Origin: an uncultured Lentimicrobiaceae bacterium
GTDB taxonomy: Bacteria; Bacteroidota; Bacteroidia; Bacteroidales; WCHB1-69
Assembly: GCA_964653595.1 (NCBI GenBank)
Contig: CAZZHH010000001.1
Location: 40,813-104,812, forward strand
Reading direction: 5' to 3'
Length of the DNA stretch: 64,000 bases
In this document: piece after piece, positions 21,640-31,296 of the stretch
Numbering within the stretch: the stretch's first letter is position 1
Layout: each line of letters opens with the position of its first letter
The notes under the pieces: model-generated
Told to the model about the DNA's origin: nothing
What the model saw: the letters and a program-made list of their open reading frames with translations, nothing else
Databases searched by the model: none
Program-made: the position numbers and the translations under genes

Positions 21640-22974
21640 TTGAGAACATTCAAGATTGGCGGAGTTCATCCGGAAGAGAACAAGTTATCGGCTAACAAAC
21701 CGATAGAGATACTTCCTATTCCGCAAAAGGTATTTATTCCAGTTACACAGCATTTGGGAGCCCCTTCTACCCTTGTAGTTGAAAAGGGGAGCACTGTTAA
21801 AGTAGGAACATTATTAGCGAAAGCAGATGCGTTTATCAGTGCAAATGTTCACTCCTCAGTGTCTGGAACTGTTGAAAAGATTGAAGATGCTATCGACACA
21901 AGTGGCTACCGTAGAAGCACCATTGTTATCAATGTAGAGGGTGACGAATGGGAACCAAGTATTGATAGATCTAATGATGTCGTTCACCAAATCACAATGT
22001 CTGATAAAGAGATTGTGGAAAGAATCAAAAGCACGGGAGTTGTTGGACTGGGAGGAGCTACATTTCCTTCACACATCAAATACATGGTACCCGATGGCAA
22101 GAAAGCAAAATATTTGATCATCAACGCAGTAGAGTGTGAACCCTATTTAACTGCCGATCATGTGGTAATGCTTGAAAGAGCGGAGGAAGTTATGATTGGA
22201 GTTTCTATTATGATGAAAGCTCTTTCTGCTGAAAAAGCGTTCATAGGAATTGAAAACAACAAACCAGATGCAATTGCTCACATGACTAAAGTGGCTGGTA
22301 ATTTCACCAACATTGAGGTACATGCATTAAAAGTGAAGTATCCTCAAGGTGCTGAGAAGCAGCTAATAAAAGCATTAACAGGCAGAGAAGTACCTTCGGG
22401 CAAACTCCCTATCGAAGTAGGTTGTGTTGTAAACAATGTTGGCACTGCTTTAGCGATATATGAAGCTGTTCAAAAGAATAAACCTCTTATCGAGAGAGTA
22501 GTAACCGTTACCGGAAAATCAGTAAAGAACCCTTGCAATTTAATGGTTCGAATTGGAACTCCAAGCATTGAGCTAATTGAAAAAGCAGGTGGATTACCAG
22601 AAGATACAGGCAAAGTGATTTCTGGTGGGCCAATGATGGGGAAATCGCTGAACTCATTGGAAGTTCCAGTTTCAAAGGGGACATCGGGAATATTGATTAT
22701 GAATCACAAGGAAGCAAAACGGAGCGAATCTCAAAACTGCATCCGTTGTGGAAGGTGTATCACCGTATGTCCTATGGGTTTAGAACCCTATATTTTACAA
22801 CAATTCATCGAAAATTCAAAATTTGAGGAGGCCGAACATTATCGGATTATGGATTGTATCGAATGTGGCTCTTGTCAATACACTTGTCCTGCCAACAGAG
22901 CACTCCTAGACTATGTAAGAGTAGGCAAAAGTAAAGTTGGGGCAATCATTCGATCAAGAGCTTCAAAACAATAA
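21640..22974 (+). CDS. rnfC: Rnf complex subunit C
   Basis: GLGGATFPSHIK, NAVECEPYLTADH, and two C-terminal 4Fe-4S motifs (CIRCGRCITVCP, CIECGSCQYTCP). TTG start preceded by aaggagg. Confidence 0.9.
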   Translation: MRTFKIGGVHPEENKLSANKPIEILPIPQKVFIPVTQHLGAPSTLVVEKGSTVKVGTLLAKADAFISANVHSSVSGTVEKIEDAIDTSGYRRSTIVINVEGDEWEPSIDRSNDVVHQITMSDKEIVERIKSTGVVGLGGATFPSHIKYMVPDGKKAKYLIINAVECEPYLTADHVVMLERAEEVMIGVSIMMKALSAEKAFIGIENNKPDAIAHMTKVAGNFTNIEVHALKVKYPQGAEKQLIKALTGREVPSGKLPIEVGCVVNNVGTALAIYEAVQKNKPLIERVVTVTGKSVKNPCNLMVRIGTPSIELIEKAGGLPEDTGKVISGGPMMGKSLNSLEVPVSKGTSGILIMNHKEAKRSESQNCIRCGRCITVCPMGLEPYILQQFIENSKFEEAEHYRIMDCIECGSCQYTCPANRALLDYVRVGKSKVGAIIRSRASKQ

Positions 22975-23005
22975 TCAATAACGTCAACGCAAAAAAAGTA
23001 CATAT

Positions 23006-24013
23006 ATGAGTTTATTGACAATATCAGGTTCACCACATGTTCATTCTGGAGAATCTACAAAAAAAATAATGTATGGCGTAGTCATTGCCATGTTGCCGGC
23101 AATGGGGGTATCGTTTTATTATTTTGGGTTAAGTGCAATCATTCTAACTTTAGTATCTATTGCATCTTGTCTACTTTTTGAATGGCTTATTCAAAAATAT
23201 CTTATCAAAGGCAAAACTACTATTACCGATGGTTCGGCAATCATTACAGGGATGTTGTTGGCATTTAATGTTCCAACAAGTCTGCCTATTTGGATATTGG
23301 TGGTTGGAGCTTTAATATCCATAGCAGTTGCTAAAATGTCCTATGGTGGATTAGGCAAAAATCCATTTAATCCTGCTTTGGTGGGTCGTGTTTTTCTGTT
23401 AATTTCATTTCCAGTGGATATGACAACCTGGCCTAAACCAAGTTTACCATTTTCAACCTCCAATTTTGTTGTAGATGGATTAACTGGTCCTACCCCACTC
23501 GGAGTTGTAAAAGAAGGATTAATGCAAGGGAAGACCATAGATCAGCTACAATCGCAATTACCATCGTATGTTGATATGTTGATGGGACAAATGGGAGGTT
23601 CACTGGGTGAAGTTTCTGCAATTGCTTTAATAATTGGAGGATTGTTTATGTTGCTTCGCAAAATCATTACATGGCATATCCCAGTAGCATTTATTGGTAC
23701 AAGTTTTATCTTTGCAGCCATTTTAAATCTAATCAACCCAGCAATGTATATTGATCCAAGTTTTCATTTACTTTCCGGAGGATTAATGTTAGGAGCTATC
23801 TTTATGGCTACAGACATGGTTACTTCCCCCATGAGCAAATCGGGGCAACTTATTTTTGGGATTGGCTGTGGATTGTTGACGATATTAATTCGTGTATGGG
23901 GAGCATATCCCGAGGGAGTATCGTTTGCTATTCTTCTGATGAATGCAGCTACCCCATTGATTAACAAAGGATTTAAACCTAAAAAATTTGGGGAGGTTAT
24001 CAACAATGGCTAA
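23006..24013 (+). CDS. rnfD: Rnf complex subunit D
   Basis: Polytopic membrane protein with the NqrB/RnfD pattern (FNPALVGRVFLL, the flavinylation-region MATDMVTSP). Confidence 0.9.
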   Translation: MSLLTISGSPHVHSGESTKKIMYGVVIAMLPAMGVSFYYFGLSAIILTLVSIASCLLFEWLIQKYLIKGKTTITDGSAIITGMLLAFNVPTSLPIWILVVGALISIAVAKMSYGGLGKNPFNPALVGRVFLLISFPVDMTTWPKPSLPFSTSNFVVDGLTGPTPLGVVKEGLMQGKTIDQLQSQLPSYVDMLMGQMGGSLGEVSAIALIIGGLFMLLRKIITWHIPVAFIGTSFIFAAILNLINPAMYIDPSFHLLSGGLMLGAIFMATDMVTSPMSKSGQLIFGIGCGLLTILIRVWGAYPEGVSFAILLMNAATPLINKGFKPKKFGEVINNG

Positions 24014-24644
24014 AAAATTAGAATCTACATTAAAGAACATGATATTATCGTTGTTTCTAATATCAATGGTAATGTCTGCTGCCCTTGGGTACATATATTT
24101 GATTACCAAAGGCCCCATTGAAATGAGTGCAGCAAAAGCGGAGAACGATGCTATCAAAAAAGTGGCGCCAGAATTTGACAAGATTGATACCACCTATAAA
24201 GTTCTGTCACCTGATTTTGATTTATCAAAGGGGAAACCTACAGAAATAGACACGTTGGTTTATTATGTCTTATCCAAAGGTGGTCAGCTTGCTGGTTATG
24301 CTGTTAAAACATACACAAAAAAAGCGTTTTCAGGAGAATTCAAACTCATGGTTGGGTTGAAACCAGATGGAACGATCAATCAGATTGAAGTATTGGAACA
24401 AAAAGAGACTCCTGGGTTAGGCACAAATATGAAAGGTGATAAGTTTAAAAATCAATTTATCGGCAAAGATCCTTCCGTTTGGAAGATGACGGTTAAAAAA
24501 GATGGTGGCGAAGTGGATGCAATCAGCGCTTCTACCATTACATCACGTGCATATTGCGATGCAGTTCAACGTGGGCACGATGGTTATAAAAAGAACTTTA
24601 GTCTTAAACCTGTCGATAGCGACTCAACAACAAAAGGAGAATAA
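24006..24644 (+). CDS. rnfG: Rnf complex subunit G
   Basis: Single N-terminal TM helix and FMN-binding domain motif (VDAISASTITSRA). Start set to the ATG preceded by ggagg; it overlaps the rnfD stop by 8 nt. Confidence 0.85.
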   Translation: MAKKLESTLKNMILSLFLISMVMSAALGYIYLITKGPIEMSAAKAENDAIKKVAPEFDKIDTTYKVLSPDFDLSKGKPTEIDTLVYYVLSKGGQLAGYAVKTYTKKAFSGEFKLMVGLKPDGTINQIEVLEQKETPGLGTNMKGDKFKNQFIGKDPSVWKMTVKKDGGEVDAISASTITSRAYCDAVQRGHDGYKKNFSLKPVDSDSTTKGE

Positions 24645-24646
24645 TT

Positions 24647-25243
24647 ATGGGAAATCTTAAGCATTTAACGAATGGTATTTTCAAAGAAAATCCATCTTTT
24701 GTTTTAGTCTTGGGCACATGCCCTGCATTGGCAGTTACCACTTCTGCAATGAATGGAATTGGAATGGGGGCGGCTACAACATTTGTGCTTCTTTGCTCAA
24801 ACCTTCTTATATCATTACTAAAAAACTTTATCCCCGACAAAGTCCGTATTGCAGCATTCATTGTCATTATCGCTTCCTTTGTGACTATTGTGGATATGGT
24901 AATGAAAGCATTTACTCCAGACTTATACAATTCATTAGGAGTATTTATTCCTCTGATTGTGGTTAACTGTATCATTTTAGGACGGGCTGAAGCATTTGCA
25001 CAGAAGAACACTCCATTTGCATCCATTTTAGATGGAATAGGAATGGGACTTGGATTTACATTAGCACTTTTCATTATGGCTAGCATAAGAGAGATTCTTG
25101 GAAATGGATCCATTTTTGACATAAAATTATTGAGTGAAAATTCTAAAACTATGTTGATTTTCATTCTGCCTCCTGGTGCATTTTTAACTTATGGATATTT
25201 AATCGCTATCATGAACTCGATGAAACGAAAACTTAAATTGTAA
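24647..25243 (+). CDS. rnfE: Rnf complex subunit E
   Basis: NqrD/RnfE-type polytopic protein (NPSFVLVLGTCPALAVT ... IPLIVVNCIILGRAEAFA). Confidence 0.9.
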   Translation: MGNLKHLTNGIFKENPSFVLVLGTCPALAVTTSAMNGIGMGAATTFVLLCSNLLISLLKNFIPDKVRIAAFIVIIASFVTIVDMVMKAFTPDLYNSLGVFIPLIVVNCIILGRAEAFAQKNTPFASILDGIGMGLGFTLALFIMASIREILGNGSIFDIKLLSENSKTMLIFILPPGAFLTYGYLIAIMNSMKRKLKL

Positions 25244-25248
25244 TAATC

Positions 25249-25821
25249 ATGGAATATATCAGTATAATAATACTTGCGTTATTTGTCAACAATGTTGTTT
25301 TGGCGCAATTTCTTGGGATATGTCCTTTCCTTGGAGTCTCTAGTAAAGTAAACACATCATTAGGGATGGGAGCTGCTGTTATTTTTGTAATGGCACTAGC
25401 AAACCTTGTCACTTACCTTATCTTCCAATACATCTTGGTTCCGCTTGATGTTCAATTTATGAAAACGATTACATTCATATTTGTAATTGCAACTTTAGTT
25501 CAAATCGTTGAAATAATCCTAAAAAAGGCCGCTCCTCCACTCTATCAAGCTTTGGGAATTTATCTTCCATTAATTACTACCAACTGTGCGGTATTGGGTA
25601 TCGCCCTTCTGGCTATCACAAAAGAATACAATCTATTACAAAGTGTAACCTATGCAATTGCAACAGCAGTTGGGTTTACCTTAGCATTAGTTTTACTTGC
25701 TGGATTACGCGAACAAATGGAAATAACTGGCTATCCAAAGGGAATGAAAGGGTTTCCAATCACATTGATAACTGCGAGCTTATTAGCAATGGCATTTATG
25801 GGATTTTCAGGGATGGTATAA
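25249..25821 (+). CDS. rnfA: Rnf complex subunit A
   Basis: NqrE/RnfA-type polytopic protein (NNVVLAQFLGICPFLGVS ... LPLITTNCAVLG). Confidence 0.9.
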   Translation: MEYISIIILALFVNNVVLAQFLGICPFLGVSSKVNTSLGMGAAVIFVMALANLVTYLIFQYILVPLDVQFMKTITFIFVIATLVQIVEIILKKAAPPLYQALGIYLPLITTNCAVLGIALLAITKEYNLLQSVTYAIATAVGFTLALVLLAGLREQMEITGYPKGMKGFPITLITASLLAMAFMGFSGMV

Positions 25822-25833
25822 TGATGACGAATC

Positions 25834-25861
25834 AAAATGTGCTTCAACTCAGGCACATTTT
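25834..25861. terminator. Bidirectional terminator-like hairpin between rnfA and umuC
   Basis: aaaatgtgc / gcacatttt 9-bp stem with a 10-nt loop, flanked by A and T residues. Confidence 0.5.
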
Positions 25862-25865
25862 GGTT

Positions 25866-27137
25866 CTATTCTTCTAAATTTATCTCTAAAATATCAGGCC
25901 ACTTTGTTGTATAGGATGGAGATAGAGACTCCTGACGGAGTTTCCACTCTTTTTTATCAGTTCCTTGAGCAGAAATTCGAACTAAATCCCGACCCATCTT
26001 TGAATTTAAGATATCCACTGCTGCCATTAACTTTGAGTGTTTAACTCTATCCACATCATCAAATAAATTTTGTTGCACTTGATTCTCTGGAACAATTTCG
26101 GAGACAATAACCCCTGCTTTTTTGTATGAATATCCTTCCCTAAAAATGGATTGTAAACCCAGCAATGCATAGTGTATAATTTCGGGTGTAGAGGATGAAG
26201 CTACTGGAAGCGGAATAATAACATGCCTATAATACTGTTTAAGATCTGTTCGAAAAGGATTCGTATTTACAAAAACCAAAACCATATTGGTGCAAGATTT
26301 CTGTTTGCGAAGTTTTTCTGCACATCGCGCTGCATAATTTGACACAGCTTCTGCCAACACTTCGTACTCTTTTACCATTTTCCCAAAGGAACGAGAAGTA
26401 CAAATATTTTTCTTGGGAGGTATTAACTGGTTCAAAGGAATACAGGAAGTGCCTTTTAACTCTTTTACCATTCTTAAGCCAGTAACGGTAAAATTCTTAC
26501 GTATCCATGCTTCATTCATTCTAGAAAAATCATAGGCATTATGGATCCCAAAATTCAATAAATGTTTAGCCGTTCTTCTTCCCACGCCCCATACATCTTC
26601 AATAGGGAACTGCTTTAAAGCATCCTCAATTTCATCCATATTATTTAATACACATACTCCTTGATATTGTTTCTGCTTCTTGGCCATATGATTTGCAATC
26701 TTTGCCAACGTTTTTGTAGGCGCAATACCCACAGAAACGGGAATGCCAATCCATTGAAACACCCGATTTTTTATTTCACGTCCTAGTACGTGTAAATCGT
26801 GGTGCACAAAACCTGTAAGATCGGCAAAAGCTTCGTCTATGGAATAAACTTCTACTTCATCGACCAAAGTTTGAATGGTTTGCATTACTCGAGAAGAAAT
26901 ATCTCCGTATAACGAATAATTTGAAGAAAAAACAGCAATATTCTCACGCTCTACCAACTCTTTGATTTCAAAAATTGGTTGTCCCATTTTCACGCCCAAG
27001 GCTTTCGCTTCATTTGAGCGTGCTATCACACAACCATCGTTATTTGACAACACAACCACTGCCCTATTTGCCATCTTTGGATTGAACAAACGTTCGCAGG
27101 AAGCATAAAAATTATTACAATCGATAAGTGCGTACAT
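25866..27137 (-). CDS. umuC: Y-family translesion DNA polymerase (UmuC-like)
   Basis: MYALIDCNNFYASCE, VVLSNNDGCVIARS and SIDEAFADLTG motifs. Start set to the internal ATG, because the upstream 16 codons are translated from a purine repeat. Confidence 0.85.
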   Translation of the reverse strand: MYALIDCNNFYASCERLFNPKMANRAVVVLSNNDGCVIARSNEAKALGVKMGQPIFEIKELVERENIAVFSSNYSLYGDISSRVMQTIQTLVDEVEVYSIDEAFADLTGFVHHDLHVLGREIKNRVFQWIGIPVSVGIAPTKTLAKIANHMAKKQKQYQGVCVLNNMDEIEDALKQFPIEDVWGVGRRTAKHLLNFGIHNAYDFSRMNEAWIRKNFTVTGLRMVKELKGTSCIPLNQLIPPKKNICTSRSFGKMVKEYEVLAEAVSNYAARCAEKLRKQKSCTNMVLVFVNTNPFRTDLKQYYRHVIIPLPVASSSTPEIIHYALLGLQSIFREGYSYKKAGVIVSEIVPENQVQQNLFDDVDRVKHSKLMAAVDILNSKMGRDLVRISAQGTDKKEWKLRQESLSPSYTTKWPDILEINLEE

Positions 27138-27163
27138 ATTTTTGAGAAGTGAAATGTGAAAAG

Positions 27164-27218
27164 AGAATACAGAAGTAAGAAGCAAGAATACAGAAGTAAG
27201 AAGTAAGAAGCAAGAATA
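27164..27218. repeat. Purine-rich direct repeat (caagaatacagaagtaagaag units)
   Basis: agaatacagaagtaagaag occurs twice within ~40 nt, followed by taagaagcaagaat. Confidence 0.8.
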
Positions 27219-27385
27219 TTTGTATTTTTAGTATTTCTTAGTGAGATGAGTGTCTGAGTGATAAAAATGAATTATAAGTTATAAACTATGAATTATGAGT
27301 TGCGCGACGCGAGTCTTAAGAAAAATTTAGAAGTATGAAGTAAGAACGTGAGAAGAGTTATGAATTAGCGCGTCCCTATTTTTAA

Positions 27386-27456
27386 ATCCGCCAGTGGTCG
27401 GATTGTGAAAATTCGAGGATCCTCGAAAAACAATGATCCGCCAGCAGGCGGACTGG
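27386..27456. repeat. REP-like hairpin modules (tccgcc-N4-ggcgga, ttcgagg-atcc-tcgaa)
   Basis: atccgccagtggtcggat (27386-27403), perfect 16-bp palindrome ttcgaggatcctcgaa (27412-27427), and atccgccagcaggcggactgg (27436-27456). A third copy of the last module is at 40908-40928. Confidence 0.8.
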
Positions 27457-27671
27457 TTTTTCGGGAAAGCGGGACAGGATTCAGCGATAATGGGATTATT
27501 CGTTTTTTTTAATATTCTTAGTTTGTGTCAACTCATCATTTTTAACTTATAATTCATCACTTTTTTTTCGACTTTATAGACTTTTGATCCCGAAAAATAA
27601 AAAATCTCCGATTTTTGTTATTTTTCGAGGATGCTCGAATTGTTGCAAAATCGAAGATTTTGATAATTCGG

Positions 27672-27719
27672 CACTTTATAGACTTTTGACTTTATAGACT
27701 TTTGACTTTACGGACTTTT
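27672..27719. repeat. 16-mer tandem repeat x3 (gactttatagactttt) abutting the umuD stop; a solitary copy is at 27570-27585
   Basis: cactttatagactttt gactttatagactttt gactttacggactttt, read directly. Confidence 0.9.
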
Positions 27720-27720
27720 T

Positions 27721-28173
27721 TTATACTTTATGAATTACAAAAGTAACAACTCCCCAAATACTAAAGTCCATGTCGGTTGTAACTTTTATGGGTTTAAAAT
27801 CTGGATTTTCGGGCATTAGACTTAGTCCATTTTTTGTTTTTTGAATTCGTTTTACGGTAAATTCGCTATTGATGACACAAACAGCGATACATTGATTATA
27901 AGGAATTTTGGAACGATCTACCACCAGCATATCTCCATCTAAAATACCCGCATTTTGCATAGACATCCCTTTCACTTTAACATAAAACGTAGCCGATGGA
28001 TTCTGAATCAATGCTTTGTTTAAATCGAGTTTAACATCAGAATAATCCTCTGCTGGAGAAGGGAACCCAGCAGACACTCTAGCTTCGAAATAGGGAATTT
28101 CCATCCCTTCTAGGGTATCCACCGAAAAGAATTCAAGTTTTTCAGAATTTCCTATTTTTTTCAATTTAACCAT
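27721..28173 (-). CDS. umuD: LexA-like S24 peptidase (UmuD-like)
   Basis: 150 aa. S24 self-cleaving fold with GMSMQNAGILDGDMLVVDRS (catalytic Ser) and a downstream FTVKRIQK (Lys). Located upstream of umuC. Confidence 0.8.
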   Translation of the reverse strand: MVKLKKIGNSEKLEFFSVDTLEGMEIPYFEARVSAGFPSPAEDYSDVKLDLNKALIQNPSATFYVKVKGMSMQNAGILDGDMLVVDRSKIPYNQCIAVCVINSEFTVKRIQKTKNGLSLMPENPDFKPIKVTTDMDFSIWGVVTFVIHKV

Positions 28174-28206
28174 TTTTCAAACCTGTATCATTTTATTATA
28201 ATTGGG

Positions 28207-28214
28207 CAAAGATA
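28207..28214 (-). promoter_or_regulatory. Bacteroidetes -7 box (TAnnTTTG) for umuD
   Basis: The reverse complement reads tatctttg, about 34 nt upstream of the umuD ATG. Confidence 0.35.
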
Positions 28215-28217
28215 CAA

Positions 28218-30323
28218 CTATTTTATCAGTACCACTGTCCCAATATACTCATGTGGGTAATCGCACAAATCAAGGACAATAATTTTGTAGATATAAGAAC
28301 CAATTGGACATTCCCTATTTGCGAGAGTTTGTCCGTTCCACAATTTAGAAATATCATGGGTATAAAAAACCAAATCGCCCCAGCGGGAATATATCTCAAA
28401 AATATAATCTTTGGCATTAGCACCTCTCATTATAGGTCCGAAAAAATCGTTTTGACCATCTGTATTTGGAGAAAAGGCATTTGGGATAAATAGCGAAAAA
28501 TCTTCAACTACATCGATGAATTTTGTCAGAGTATCGAAACATACGTTTTCACTTTGAACAACAAGTGTAATAGGGAAATGTCCTAAAAAGCTATATCTAT
28601 GATTGGGAGAGTGATCTGAGGAATAAAAACCGTCCCCAAAATCCCAATAAGAGGAAGTAGAATTAGTACTATTGTTTGTAAAAGTAAAAAGAGCATTATC
28701 TAAAAAAGATCTTTGGGGTGCAACCGAAAAGTCGGCAATTGGATAAGGTTGACCATCCACATTCGCAGTCAATGATTGAGCACAACCAACAGAGTCGTAT
28801 GCAGTAACAACATATGAGCCTGCATGAAGTTGGGTTAACTGAGACGAATTTTCTTGTGAAAAACCAGTCCACTCAAACCTATATGGCGGGATTCCACCAA
28901 ATGCATGAACATAAATAGCACCATTAGCATAACTACAAATTTCATTGTGAATGCTATCTAAAACTAAATTATATGGCGGGTTTTGAAAAATCTCAATAGA
29001 ATCAACTTTCATACAGCCATACACATCGGATACAGTAACAATATAAGTACCTGGCGATAAGTTATGAATGGTTGAATCGCTCATGCCATTCGACCATTGA
29101 AAGAATAAGGGAGGAGTGCCACTATTCATTTTCACTTTAGCCCAACCATTATTTTGTCCATAACATTTTACATCGGATTTTTCAAGAGTTGCATCCATAT
29201 TTCCACTTCCAGATTGAACAACCACAAAAGTAGAATCTATGCATCCTCTAGCATCTGTCACCTTCACATAATAGGTACTCGGAAGAAGTCCAGTGGCAGT
29301 AATTGCAGTTTGTCCATTAGACCATTGATAGGAATAAGGAGCCAATCCATCCAATGGAGTACAAGTAGCTGTTCCATTCGGATTACAGGTAGCAGGTGTG
29401 TATGAAGTTTGAAAATTAAGTCCATCGATATAAAACGAGATGGTGTCAGAAGTAGCAGTATTTCCACACAAATCGTTTACGGGACCTTGCAGGATTAATT
29501 TATAATTTCCTTTTTGAAGTCTTTGGTTTGTTTTAATTTTAAAAAATCGATCTTGGGGTGCATTCTGAGCGCATGAAGGGCCAATTGCAGAGACAAGAGG
29601 ATAGTCTCCATTAGGGCCAATTATTCTAAAGTCGCTCAATTGAACAGAATTACACATTACCATTTCAGAAAACTGCAACATCACGGATGAGTCGCCACAA
29701 TTAGAGGTAACATTCATAAAAGCGGGTGGAATGTTATCAAAGATGGTAGCAGTAGATCCATTGAAATTGATGGAATAACCAGAAGTAGAACGCGACCAAT
29801 TGCAGATAAGCATCGTATAAGTAGATCCGGCAGTAACAGGGATATCTGCATTCCAAGGAGGGCCGTTTGTATTGCCTGGTCCATTTGAATTACCAACACC
29901 ACCATTGGCAGAATTTGCGCCAGTGCTCCCATTTGCGCCATTATAGTCTCCATAGGAGTTGCAACTTACCATCAAAGAAGCATTGGTTGCGATGTGGGCA
30001 CAGCTAGCATTTGTTAGATTAAAAACAGCCCAATCGTAGTCATCTGAATAGGTATTTGGAGTAATTTCAAAACGAAACAAGCCCGTTGTTTGGGCCGTAA
30101 AAGTATACCAAACAGAATAATACTCCTCGTCGAGGCATGAAATTGCTGGATTTATTTCGGACACGTAACTTCCCGCTCCATAATATGCATTTAGTTGAGA
30201 GTAATGATTCTGACAAATGGGAATTGCGCCCATGCAATCTTGAATTGTAGGAGTTTGCGAATGACTATTATAACCTATTGTTAATAAGCAAGTAAAAATA
30301 AATATAAAAGCATAATCCTTCAT
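28218..30323 (-). CDS. Secreted multi-domain protein with SprB-type repeats, a PKD domain and a T9SS type-B (CHU_C) sorting domain
   Basis: Signal peptide. Repeated CxxxxNGxA...PPYxFxWSNG units. PKD-like ADFSV...WDFGDG. C-terminal FIPNAFSPNTDGQNDFF ... WNGQ ... GTVVLIK. Confidence 0.8.
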   Translation of the reverse strand: MKDYAFIFIFTCLLTIGYNSHSQTPTIQDCMGAIPICQNHYSQLNAYYGAGSYVSEINPAISCLDEEYYSVWYTFTAQTTGLFRFEITPNTYSDDYDWAVFNLTNASCAHIATNASLMVSCNSYGDYNGANGSTGANSANGGVGNSNGPGNTNGPPWNADIPVTAGSTYTMLICNWSRSTSGYSINFNGSTATIFDNIPPAFMNVTSNCGDSSVMLQFSEMVMCNSVQLSDFRIIGPNGDYPLVSAIGPSCAQNAPQDRFFKIKTNQRLQKGNYKLILQGPVNDLCGNTATSDTISFYIDGLNFQTSYTPATCNPNGTATCTPLDGLAPYSYQWSNGQTAITATGLLPSTYYVKVTDARGCIDSTFVVVQSGSGNMDATLEKSDVKCYGQNNGWAKVKMNSGTPPLFFQWSNGMSDSTIHNLSPGTYIVTVSDVYGCMKVDSIEIFQNPPYNLVLDSIHNEICSYANGAIYVHAFGGIPPYRFEWTGFSQENSSQLTQLHAGSYVVTAYDSVGCAQSLTANVDGQPYPIADFSVAPQRSFLDNALFTFTNNSTNSTSSYWDFGDGFYSSDHSPNHRYSFLGHFPITLVVQSENVCFDTLTKFIDVVEDFSLFIPNAFSPNTDGQNDFFGPIMRGANAKDYIFEIYSRWGDLVFYTHDISKLWNGQTLANRECPIGSYIYKIIVLDLCDYPHEYIGTVVLIK

Positions 30324-30353
30324 AGGAATATTTAAAAATAAAAAAAGAAGGTA

Positions 30354-31046
30354 TTATTCGCTGATAACTTTTACTTCGGTTCTTCTATTCTTTTGTCGAC
30401 CTTCGTCGTTTGAGTTATCAGCAATGGGAATAGTAGCTGCATATCCTTTCGTTTGAATTCGATTAGGAGCAATACCTCTGTTTACCAGATACTGTTTAAT
30501 CCTTTCGGCTCTTGCAAGCGATAATGTCATATTAGATTCATGCGTTCCGATATTGTCGGTATGGCCACCAATTTCAATTATCAATTGAGGCTTAAGGGAC
30601 ATCACATCGTACAACTCACTTAGCGTTTTGAATGATATTGGCTTGATGGTAGCTTCATTAAAATCGAATTCAACATTTTCTAAAACGATTACACGAGCTG
30701 GTTTAAACTCAATATTAACATCCCAAGTGTACAAAGCAGGCTCTTTCGGAATGGTAATTTCTTCGTGTCTTTCCTTGCTTAACATATTATCGTACTCCAC
30801 AATGTAGGTATACCCTATTGGAAGATGAATTGAAAATTTTCCATTTTCCGATGTAACTCCATAAAATTGATCGAATTTAGATCTAGAAGTAAAGGTTACT
30901 TTTTCTCTATCGATAGGTTTGCCAGAATCGTCTATCACAGAAACACGAATCAATGCCATCGATTTTGTGGGCTTTAGAGTATCCGATTGACTAAATACCA
31001 CAACCGATAAAAGGGTGCTTAATAGAAGTAAAAATATTTTTTTCAT
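30354..31046 (-). CDS. OmpA-family peptidoglycan-associated protein
   Basis: Signal peptide, and a C-terminal OmpA_C domain (FDFNEATI ... GHTDNIGTHESNMTLSLARAERIKQYL ... NRRTEVKV). Confidence 0.85.
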   Translation of the reverse strand: MKKIFLLLLSTLLSVVVFSQSDTLKPTKSMALIRVSVIDDSGKPIDREKVTFTSRSKFDQFYGVTSENGKFSIHLPIGYTYIVEYDNMLSKERHEEITIPKEPALYTWDVNIEFKPARVIVLENVEFDFNEATIKPISFKTLSELYDVMSLKPQLIIEIGGHTDNIGTHESNMTLSLARAERIKQYLVNRGIAPNRIQTKGYAATIPIADNSNDEGRQKNRRTEVKVISE

Positions 31047-31296
31047 AGTTTTAAAAGTATTGAATATGATTAATATTGTGTTTTTAAAGAATAAAATAAC
31101 GATTGGTTTTTTACAAAAAACTTACACAAATGCAAATATAATAAAAAAAAATTAAAAGTTGACATTCAACAAATGATTTGTCCATAACATAATAAAATTG
31201 TAGGAGAATATTTATCAAAAAATATTTGGTTTAAAAACATAAAATATCTAATTTCGCAAAAGAAATATTTTTAAAAATAACCATAGAACAATCAAA

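Noticed and set aside
24604-25164. 186-aa ORF antisense to rnfE
   Set aside because: It lies fully inside the well-supported rnfE and rnfG genes on the opposite strand. It is a typical shadow ORF.
27138-27185. N-terminal 16-codon extension of umuC in the ORF track
   Set aside because: The extension is encoded by the purine word repeat. Conserved Y-family polymerases begin at MYALIDCNNFYASCE, so the start was moved to 27137.
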